Origin: Candidatus Latescibacterota bacterium
GTDB taxonomy: Bacteria > Latescibacterota > UBA2968 > UBA8231
Assembly (NCBI GenBank): GCA_965203175.1
Contig: OZ241867.1
Coordinates: 896,001-960,000, forward strand
Length of the DNA: 64,000 bases
Direction: 5' to 3'
Shown here: piece after piece, positions 1 to 7,402 of the stretch
How the letters are laid out: every line of letters begins with the position of its first letter
Position numbering within the stretch: the first letter of the stretch is position 1
Program-made: the position numbers and the translations under genes
Notes under the pieces: model-generated
What the model saw: only the letters and a program-made list of their open reading frames with translations
Told to the model about the DNA's origin: nothing
Database searches by the model: none

Positions 1-352
1 CCGGCAGAGCAGCACGCGTGATCTGCAACGCGCCGTTTACATCCGTATCGACAAAGGTGCGCAGATCCTCGTAGCTGACCTCGGCAAGCGGCTCCTCCAC
101 CCAAGTACCGGCCGCATTGACCAGCGCGTCGAGGCTCCCAAACGCTTCCACTGATTCCCGCACCGCAGCCTCGCAATCCGCAACAATCCCCACATCACCT
201 GGCACTGCTACCGCGCCGTCTAACTCTGCGGCGATAGCCTGTACCTGCTCCGCACGCCGCGCCATCAACGCAACTCGGTGCCCGACCGCAGCCAGCCGCC
301 GAGCGATGGTCTCGCCAATACCAGAACTAGCACCTGTAATAAGTGCATTCAT
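1..352 (-). CDS. SDR-family oxidoreductase (N-terminal part; runs off the window start)
   Basis: Manual translation MNALITGASSGIGETIARRL...DALVNAAG shows the TGxxxGIG and NAAG motifs; AGGAG RBS upstream of the ATG at 352; not in the ORF track because it is truncated. Confidence 0.9.
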   Translation of the reverse strand, partial: MNALITGASSGIGETIARRLAAVGHRVALMARRAEQVQAIAAELDGAVAVPGDVGIVADCEAAVRESVEAFGSLDALVNAAGTWVEEPLAEVSYEDLRTFVDTDVNGALQITRAALP

Positions 353-411
353 CGCGAAGAATCTCCTGATAATCTGTCAACCGTTCAGATAAATCTATAC
401 GTAGCGAAACG

Positions 412-708
412 TTATCTAGTCAGCTCCTCAACTGACATAGTCTCCATCACCCGACGAGACTCGACATGCCGCTTCAGATCAACCCATCGCTCGAAGCCAT
501 ACTCACGGGCAATGACCAATTGGGCGTTTCTCAAGGAGAACTCGGTCTGAAATATCTCGTCGTCCGTCTGCTCAGACAAATGCGACAAGGTTTGCCTGAG
601 TCGCTGCGCGCTGGCAGAATCGGCAGATCGGTGGCCCTTCAGCAGGCTTTTGGCTTGCTTCTTGAGTTGCTCTAGGTTGGGATTGGGCGGAAGCGCAGCC
701 GGGGACAT
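412..708 (-). CDS. Small protein consisting of the LPxxPNLEQLKKQAK...AQLVIAREYGF domain (usually the N-terminal domain of ankyrin-repeat and related proteins)
   Basis: ORF 412..822 re-started at ATG 708 after AAAGGAG; motifs LPPNPNLEQLKKQAKSLL and LRNAQLVIAREYGFERW. Confidence 0.8.
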   Translation of the reverse strand: MSPAALPPNPNLEQLKKQAKSLLKGHRSADSASAQRLRQTLSHLSEQTDDEIFQTEFSLRNAQLVIAREYGFERWVDLKRHVESRRVMETMSVEELTR

Positions 709-728
709 ACACACTCCTTTCTCAGTGC

Positions 729-1748
729 CTAAGGCCACTCTTCTATATCCCGTTGGGGAATCGGCAAGTTCGCGAGCAACTGGGTAATTTTCCAAGCCCC
801 AGACCTGCGACTCAATCCCCAAAATACATATCGCTTCATGCTATGGATCGCAGAGCCTTTTTCATAGGAGATAGAGACCGTCTCCTCGGTCAAGGCCAGG
901 GCCGTCAGCCCATTTTCACCTAGATTGGTGTAAATCACGCGCCGATCGATGGTATAGTTCGCATACGTCAATCGCTTTTTCAGCCAAGCCTCAAATTCCT
1001 CGGCGTCGCTGAATGCGATGCGCCACTTAGTTCGGTCCATCAGGTGGTAGGCGTCGTAGGCGACGAAGTCTTCATCAACGGCTGCCACTATAGCACCGAT
1101 GTCTTTGCTTTGCCAAGCCTCGGCTTCCCGCTCCACTATGGCCGCGATTTCCGCTGCGCTCGACGCGGGGGCAGGTGCTATAGCCGTGGTATCTGCGATA
1201 TTTTGGAAGACGCTGGCGGCGAGCCAGTGGTCATCGGCTTTGGTAAAGGTCCACAGGCGATACATGTCGAGGGACTGGCTATTACCGCTTTGCCGATCGA
1301 TGACGAGACCAGAGTCCTGAGTAGCGACGATGGCTTTGTCGTTGCGGGCGAGAATAAACGACACCGTGCGGTTGAGATCGTAGCGCCGATGCTCGAAATC
1401 AGCGGCTAGGGCTCGGGCTAAGGCTGCTCGGTTTTCGCGGAGCACGGTCCACCCTCGTGGATCCGCCGAATGATGCCCTTCATAGACGACGACGTGATCG
1501 GCATAGGCTTGGATGGCTACGTCTGCATTCCCCCGACGATGGCCGGATTTTTCAGTGCTCAAAACCTGGCGGATCAAGACCGTCTCGGGCGTTTCCGCAG
1601 CCCAGACTATACCCCCTAAAAAATTCAGTGCGACGAGGCAGACGATGAATCGGGTTTTTCTAACTACCGCTCTGTTCTTTGCGGAGGCGGAGATAAAACG
1701 GGTGAGGACAAGTTTTGCAGCAGGATGAATCCGGGGATATCGCTGCAT
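729..1748 (-). CDS. Secreted protein with two tandem NTF2/SnoaL-like (DUF4440-like) domains
   Basis: Hydrophobic signal segment FIVCLVALNFLGGIVWA; two similar halves ending LWTFTKADDHWLAASV and FWGLSRRSGAWKITQL. Confidence 0.65.
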   Translation of the reverse strand: MQRYPRIHPAAKLVLTRFISASAKNRAVVRKTRFIVCLVALNFLGGIVWAAETPETVLIRQVLSTEKSGHRRGNADVAIQAYADHVVVYEGHHSADPRGWTVLRENRAALARALAADFEHRRYDLNRTVSFILARNDKAIVATQDSGLVIDRQSGNSQSLDMYRLWTFTKADDHWLAASVFQNIADTTAIAPAPASSAAEIAAIVEREAEAWQSKDIGAIVAAVDEDFVAYDAYHLMDRTKWRIAFSDAEEFEAWLKKRLTYANYTIDRRVIYTNLGENGLTALALTEETVSISYEKGSAIHSMKRYVFWGLSRRSGAWKITQLLANLPIPQRDIEEWP

Positions 1749-1934
1749 GTGATCTCCATTCGTTGCGCCTGATGTCCGCGTAGATCAGGCAGAAAAGAGT
1801 ACACAGCAGGAGATATTCCGAGAGAGGTGGGCTTGGCCCTTTTGGCGGACTAGGGGGCTCCCTTAAAGCACCTATGCCGCAATCAAAAAGAGCAGTACAA
1901 CCATGTCAAGAATACTTTTCGGTGCGACGAAAAT

Positions 1935-2924
1935 TTAGATAAACCTAGTCGTGATTTGCCCAACGAGCGCCTCGCCCCGAGCGTAGCGGTCGAGGTTGTC
2001 CGCGGCCAGATGCGCCCGCTTGCGCGAGGTGCCGTCGGTCGAACCAGCGGTGTGGGGCATGGCAAACACATTGGGCAATTGGAAAACAGGGGCCGTAGCG
2101 TCGGGCGGCTCCTGAGCGAACACATCAAGCCCAGCCCCACTCAAGCGCCCGTCCACCAGAGCCTCGTACAAGGCATCCTCATCAACGAGCGCCCCTCGCG
2201 CCACGTTGATCAAGCACGCGGTTTCCTTCATTAGGCCGATGCGCCGCGCGTCGATAGTATGCCGAGTTTCCGGCGTCAGGTGGAGGTGTAGCGACAGGTA
2301 GTCGCTCTCGGCCACCACGCGGTCGACGTCCTCGGGGTCGCCGAGAAATTCGGGCTGGATCTCGGCGAGGATTTCCTCTTCAATGGGACGGATGTCGATG
2401 GCCAAGATCCGCAGGCCAAAGGGCTTGGCCCGGCGCGCCAAATCTTGCGCACTCGCGCCAAAACCAATCAGGCCGAGCGTCAGACCCTCCAGCTCGACGC
2501 CCGTAGGCGAGTATAGCTTACCAGCGTCGAAGTTCCGTCGTGCCTCTCCGTAGCGGTGAGCGTGCATGAGGATGAACATCATCGCACTCTGAGCCAACGC
2601 CACGCTGCTGAGCTGCCCAGGGCAATGGGCGAGCAACAGTCCAGTACTGAGAATCCCTTCGACATCGACGTGGTCGAGGCCGGTAGTCTGGACCTGGAGG
2701 AATTTGACGCCAGCGTCGGCCGCAGCAGCCAGCAGTTCCGGGCTGATATTGCCCCCTAAATCGACGATGGCTTCAATGCCCGCCATTTGCGGCGCGGCCG
2801 GCTGAGCGCGGTCGAAGACGCGGAGATTGTGGCGAGCACTTACGGCCTCAATGACATCGGTCGTCCAAGGCGAGGCAATCGCGGCGACCGGGTGGGGCAG
2901 AAAGAGAACCTCAAGTCGGCGCAT
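1935..2924 (-). CDS. D-isomer-specific 2-hydroxyacid dehydrogenase family protein
   Basis: GLIGFGASA Rossmann motif, INVARG, GLDVFAQEP and PHTAG catalytic motifs; start moved to MRRLEV, adjacent to the upstream stop. Confidence 0.92.
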   Translation of the reverse strand: MRRLEVLFLPHPVAAIASPWTTDVIEAVSARHNLRVFDRAQPAAPQMAGIEAIVDLGGNISPELLAAAADAGVKFLQVQTTGLDHVDVEGILSTGLLLAHCPGQLSSVALAQSAMMFILMHAHRYGEARRNFDAGKLYSPTGVELEGLTLGLIGFGASAQDLARRAKPFGLRILAIDIRPIEEEILAEIQPEFLGDPEDVDRVVAESDYLSLHLHLTPETRHTIDARRIGLMKETACLINVARGALVDEDALYEALVDGRLSGAGLDVFAQEPPDATAPVFQLPNVFAMPHTAGSTDGTSRKRAHLAADNLDRYARGEALVGQITTRFI

Positions 2925-2925
2925 A

Positions 2926-3702
2926 CTAGTACCCCAAGTCGGCGCGAACGCGCGCCATCTGTTGGCAGCCAGCCGCGAGAAACGGCTCGTCGCCACCAGC
3001 GAGAATCAGCGAAAAGCCGTCGTCTATGGCGCGTTGGATTGACTGCGGGTCGCCAGCCGGGCGATAGACCCCAATACCAGCGGGCTTACCAGCGCGGCGA
3101 GCGGCCGCGGCCAACTCGGCCTGAGCATCTTGGAAAACAGACCCCTCGTAGTCAAAGGGCACCCCCAGCGAGATGGACAGATCGACCGGGCCGATGACGA
3201 ACGTATCGACGCCCTCGACGGCAAGAATCTCGTCTATATTGGCGACCGCCTCGGCCGTCTCAATCAACGCGATGAATATCACCAAGTCGTTTATCTCCGC
3301 GAAGTACTCGTCAGTGCGCAACCCGTATTGGGCCGCTCGATGCGGTCCGAAACCGCGAATGCCAACCGGCGGATAGCGGCAGGCGCGCGCGCCTTCTGCG
3401 GCTTGGGCAGCGGTGTTGACGAACGGAGCGAGAATGCCCAGCGCGCCCATGTCGAGGTAGAGGCGGATCTGCTCTTCGTCGATGCGCGGCAGGCGGACGA
3501 TGGGCGTGGCCGGGGTATTGCCGATGGCCTGCAATTGCGCCTGTATGCCAGTGGGGGTTTGCGGCGCGTGTTCCGAGTCGATGACGAGAAAGTCAAAGCC
3601 CGAGTGGCCGCAGAGTTCGGCAATGGCCGGAGAGCCAAAGCGGAGCTGGGTACCAAAAGCGGGTTTGCCCGCGGCGAATTGATCTTTAATGCGATTGTGC
3701 AT
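2926..3702 (-). CDS. HpcH/HpaI (GarL/RhmA-like) class II pyruvate aldolase
   Basis: GFDFLVIDSEHAP, RYPPVGIRG, IET, IGPVDLSISLG motifs. Confidence 0.92.
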   Translation of the reverse strand: MHNRIKDQFAAGKPAFGTQLRFGSPAIAELCGHSGFDFLVIDSEHAPQTPTGIQAQLQAIGNTPATPIVRLPRIDEEQIRLYLDMGALGILAPFVNTAAQAAEGARACRYPPVGIRGFGPHRAAQYGLRTDEYFAEINDLVIFIALIETAEAVANIDEILAVEGVDTFVIGPVDLSISLGVPFDYEGSVFQDAQAELAAAARRAGKPAGIGVYRPAGDPQSIQRAIDDGFSLILAGGDEPFLAAGCQQMARVRADLGY

Positions 3703-3763
3703 GTAGTCTCCTAACAAACGTTACATACCATCCTGCCTATGTGCTAAGCACTGTCCTTACCTA

Positions 3764-3788
3764 TCATGCTGAGCGCAAGCGAAGCATC
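3764..3788. repeat. REP-like short palindromic element (TCATGCTGAGCGCAAGCGAAGCATC)
   Basis: Intergenic; ATGCT...AGCAT stem; resembles the widespread GTCATxCTGAGCGxAGCGAAGxATC extragenic repeat; single copy in this window. Confidence 0.5.
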
Positions 3789-3816
3789 CCATACCCGTAA
3801 CATCAATTCTTAATTC

Positions 3817-5712
3817 TTAATTCCACGGCAGAGCGTACGAGGGCTTATTGACGAAACGCTCCATCCCCAAGTCGAGCCGAATCGCCGATCCAGGCTGGAG
3901 GCAGACGGTGAAGTGGCGACCCTGTACGGCGACCGTTTTGTCCTCCAGTTGCCCCTGAACGTTCTGCTGATATTGGGTGGCATGCGAGTGTCCCGCACCG
4001 GCTTCCTCAGCCGAGAGGGGCCGGCGCTGCTGATAGGCAACGCGGGTGAAGCTGTGCTCGCCAAAAGCGCCGGCCTGCAGCAATACCTCGCGCTCTTCCG
4101 TCGGGTGCAGATTGACCAAGTGCAGGACAGCCCGCTCATCTGCCAGCGATTCCACCAAGGCGGCCACGTCTAACGGCAAGCCCGGGCGGCGGCGTTGCGG
4201 GTCGAAGTAGCGCAGGCGAGCCATGAGCAGGCCGCCGTTGTACATGAAGAGCGGGGCACCCATCGTCAGTTGCACCAAACCCTCGACAGTGATGGGATTG
4301 CGCACCTGCAGGTATGCATCGCTGTACGTAGCAGGATCTTGCTGATCGTCGCGCATGAAGGCCAAGCGCTGATATACTTGCGCGTGGTTGTGCCGCAGAA
4401 TGTCCACCGGGTAGTCCGGGTATTCGCCTTCGAGATACGCGGTCCAAGCAGCTTCGTGGCCGCCGCCGTGCTTGGAAAAGTGCGAGCTTACCTGCCGCCA
4501 GTTGTCGCTGTCGTAGTTGCGCTGCTGTTTGAGCCGCGCCAAGTCCTCTTGCTGCATGCTCATGTACCAGAGGTGGGTCGTGGGATGGGCCTGCATGGGG
4601 CTGTACCCGTCCCAGCCTTTGTCGTGGTAGAAGTGCGGCGCGTACAGCGTCTGCCCTCTCATTTCTCCCTGCTGCATCAGCACGTCGATTTGCGAGCGCG
4701 GAAAGTCCATGTAGCGCAAATCGCCGGAGAGCAAGGCCGCGTTTTCCGCAGCCGCAATGCAGGCGTCGCTCAGGTGGTGCCAGCCGTGCGGCCACGTCCA
4801 GCCGTAGTACCCGCCGTACCACTTGCCGTCGATGTATTCGCCGATCTGCCCCGACAGGCCAACGTTGTCGGGCAGGATGCCGTTGTTTTGCCGGGTGCGC
4901 TCGATCCACGCGTTGGTGTATTCCTCGACCCAGGCTCGGTACTTGTCGTCGCCGCTGCACAGGTAGGCGTTGGTCACCATGCTAGTAGCGGCGAGGTTGC
5001 AGGCCACATCGCCGCGGCTCATGCGCTCGACGAGGGTTTGGCCCATCTTCTCTTCCATGCCCGGCTTTTGCAAATCCTCGACCGTCTCAATGCCGGGAAT
5101 GTCGTGAAAGGGCAAAGGCCAAGGTTTCCACTGGGCGTAGCGATAGACCGTGTAGTGCTTTTCAAAATTGCGGTGCGCCGGTCCCATGCTGCCATTGTGA
5201 GCGCAGCGGATGAGCTTTTTCTCCGCGTCGTAGTTGGGGGCCTCGGGGTCTTCGTTGAGATAAAAGCCCGCATAGCGCTTGGCGCGCTCGACGTTCTTTT
5301 CGGTCGGATCGGCGAGGCACAGCAAATAGAAAAACAAGTACCCCTCGCCTTGGTGCATCCAGTCGTAGCCTTGCTCGTATTCTTTGACGATCATGGGATG
5401 GCCGTGGCCGGTATCGTAGCGGGTGAACTGCCGGGTGATGCCCTCCCAAGTGCGGTGGGAATATTCGAGCATGTGATCGCCGCCGCCCATCAAGTAAAAA
5501 AGCGGCCAGTTGTGGAAGCTCTCGTACGCGTCGTCGAGGCCATCGATGCTGCTGAAGTCCTCTGTGGGCGGCCACAGCACCGAACCGTCCGGGCGCACGT
5601 AGCGCTCCATGAGCGGATGGACGGAGGCGTCCATCAGGTCGATTAGGCTGCGCTCGAGAACGGCCCATTGGGGCGGCTCGACAAACGGTATGTTCCCTTC
5701 GATTCTTACCAC
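3817..5712 (-). CDS. Conserved hypothetical cytoplasmic protein, 631 aa, aromatic-rich, possible (alpha/alpha)-toroid sugar lyase/hydrolase
   Basis: Long ORF with GAGGAGG RBS and GTG start; DDAYESFHNWPLFY and YDWMHQGEG motifs; fold is inferred. Confidence 0.75.
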   Translation of the reverse strand: MVRIEGNIPFVEPPQWAVLERSLIDLMDASVHPLMERYVRPDGSVLWPPTEDFSSIDGLDDAYESFHNWPLFYLMGGGDHMLEYSHRTWEGITRQFTRYDTGHGHPMIVKEYEQGYDWMHQGEGYLFFYLLCLADPTEKNVERAKRYAGFYLNEDPEAPNYDAEKKLIRCAHNGSMGPAHRNFEKHYTVYRYAQWKPWPLPFHDIPGIETVEDLQKPGMEEKMGQTLVERMSRGDVACNLAATSMVTNAYLCSGDDKYRAWVEEYTNAWIERTRQNNGILPDNVGLSGQIGEYIDGKWYGGYYGWTWPHGWHHLSDACIAAAENAALLSGDLRYMDFPRSQIDVLMQQGEMRGQTLYAPHFYHDKGWDGYSPMQAHPTTHLWYMSMQQEDLARLKQQRNYDSDNWRQVSSHFSKHGGGHEAAWTAYLEGEYPDYPVDILRHNHAQVYQRLAFMRDDQQDPATYSDAYLQVRNPITVEGLVQLTMGAPLFMYNGGLLMARLRYFDPQRRRPGLPLDVAALVESLADERAVLHLVNLHPTEEREVLLQAGAFGEHSFTRVAYQQRRPLSAEEAGAGHSHATQYQQNVQGQLEDKTVAVQGRHFTVCLQPGSAIRLDLGMERFVNKPSYALPWN

Positions 5713-5722
5713 TTTAGCCTCC

Positions 5723-7402
5723 TCATGTGTTGCGGACGAGGGCCTCTACCTGTGCGCGGAAGACCTCGATTTGCGCCGCGTACTCGTGGCGCAATTGGAT
5801 GATGAATTGCCCAAAGAGCCGCTCCTGCTTTTGTCGGCGCACCAGTGCCCGAGCGCGGCGCTCGGCCTGTGCAAAGGGCCTCGGTGCGGCGTTGATCGTC
5901 GAATCGAGCAAGCGGAAAATGGCGTAGTACGGGCCGCTGATCGGCTCGGAGCTCAGCACCTCGGCGGCAGTAACCTCCAAGGCAATCGGACCGATGAGTG
6001 CGCCGACTTTTTGCCCTTGTGCCGCCTCAAAGAGTGGTACGAACTGCTGCTTCTCCCAAGGATGCAGATGAAACTCGCCTTGGTGGGCTTTGCCGCGGCG
6101 GCGCAGGGTGTGCTCCGCGGCCAGCGCGCCCAAGTCGCCGCCGCGCTCCACTTCCTCGCGCAATGCGAGCGCCTCCTCCTCTGTGCGAACTAAAATTTCC
6201 TGTACGCCGATCGATTCGAGGGGGCGGAAAAGGTTGGGATGGCGGTCGTAGAACGCTTGGGCTTCTTCGCGGCTGGCGAAGACGCCATCGACCACGTCCC
6301 GGCGCATGGCCACCAGCAAGTTCGATAGCTGCCGCTCTTGGAACCAAGCGACCACTGCTTCTTCGCGATCAACGCCCGCCGTGTACGCGCCGGCCAAGAG
6401 CAGCGCGCGCGGCTCGACGATGTCTCGGACGAACCAGTCGAACTGCTCGGGCGCGTCCTCTGGAAAGCCAACGCCTAGTTCGCGGGCAAAATCGAGCAGA
6501 TCGCCGATGGTAAATGTGCCGCTCTCGTGCTCGTAGATCGGCTGCTCGCGCTCCTCTGCAGAAAACGCCTTGGCACCCTGCCCAATGCGCCCGCGCACGC
6601 GCTCCAAGGCTTGGTCGTGAACCACAAAGTCGAGTTCCTGCCGCAAGCGAGCCGACAGCGCCTGTACGGCCGGCGGCAGCTTCTCCTTGAGTAGCTCGGC
6701 CTCGATGACCGACTGCACGACCGAGAGCTTGACCGGCGCTTCGGCTGTTATCTCGTACACGCCGAACTGGTCGTTGAAGAGCACCGGCTCCGAGAACTGA
6801 CCCGGTGCCAACGGAAAGACCTTCTCCTGCAAGATGCGTGGGTACAGCTCGTCCTTGATCAGGTAGCGGCCCTCCTCTAGCTGGGTCGCGTCGAGCAGGT
6901 TGTGGCTAGCCCATGTGTCGAAATCGTCGCCGCCCTCCAAGGCCGCCTTGATCGCTCGCGCCTCTTCTATTGTGGCAACTACGATGCGCCGCACTTGCAC
7001 GGCGCGGTCGCGGCCTGTCTCTCGCTGGTGGGCCAGCATTTCCTCTTGCGTGTGGACGATCTTGTCGTACACCTCTAGCTGCAAAAAGCGGCGCAAGACG
7101 CGGTCGTTATGCAGCTTGTCCATCTTGCGGCGGAAGTCGGCGCGCTGGTCGAGGCCCCGCTTTTTGGCCTCCAGGACCATGAGCTCCTTGTCGATTATGG
7201 TCTGCAGGTAGTCGAAATAGGCATCCGCACCCGTCTTCTTGCTCCGCAGATCGGGATGTAGCCTTTCTTCAAACTCCAGCAATTGAGGGGCGTCGATTTC
7301 CACCTCGCCGACTCGGGCCACCACCAAGTCCTCGGTGGGGGTGCCGCAGCTCCAGCAAACGAGGAGCCACAGCCAATATACCGCGTGCTTCGATCTACTC
7401 AC
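5723..7402 (-). CDS. PpiC/parvulin-type peptidyl-prolyl isomerase lipoprotein (SurA/PrsA-like chaperone)
   Basis: Lipobox-like LLVCWSC, VVARVG, IIDKELMVLEAKKRGL SurA-N helix, two rotamase-like repeats (IVVATIEEA / ILVRTEEEA). Confidence 0.85.
   Translation of the reverse strand: MSRSKHAVYWLWLLVCWSCGTPTEDLVVARVGEVEIDAPQLLEFEERLHPDLRSKKTGADAYFDYLQTIIDKELMVLEAKKRGLDQRADFRRKMDKLHNDRVLRRFLQLEVYDKIVHTQEEMLAHQRETGRDRAVQVRRIVVATIEEARAIKAALEGGDDFDTWASHNLLDATQLEEGRYLIKDELYPRILQEKVFPLAPGQFSEPVLFNDQFGVYEITAEAPVKLSVVQSVIEAELLKEKLPPAVQALSARLRQELDFVVHDQALERVRGRIGQGAKAFSAEEREQPIYEHESGTFTIGDLLDFARELGVGFPEDAPEQFDWFVRDIVEPRALLLAGAYTAGVDREEAVVAWFQERQLSNLLVAMRRDVVDGVFASREEAQAFYDRHPNLFRPLESIGVQEILVRTEEEALALREEVERGGDLGALAAEHTLRRRGKAHQGEFHLHPWEKQQFVPLFEAAQGQKVGALIGPIALEVTAAEVLSSEPISGPYYAIFRLLDSTINAAPRPFAQAERRARALVRRQKQERLFGQFIIQLRHEYAAQIEVFRAQVEALVRNT

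Noticed and set aside
4136-5668. Long overlapping ORFs (483 aa on +, 274 aa on -) across the 631-aa gene, and many similar shadow ORFs throughout the window
   Set aside because: Antisense or out-of-frame shadows expected from high-GC codon bias; no motifs or RBS
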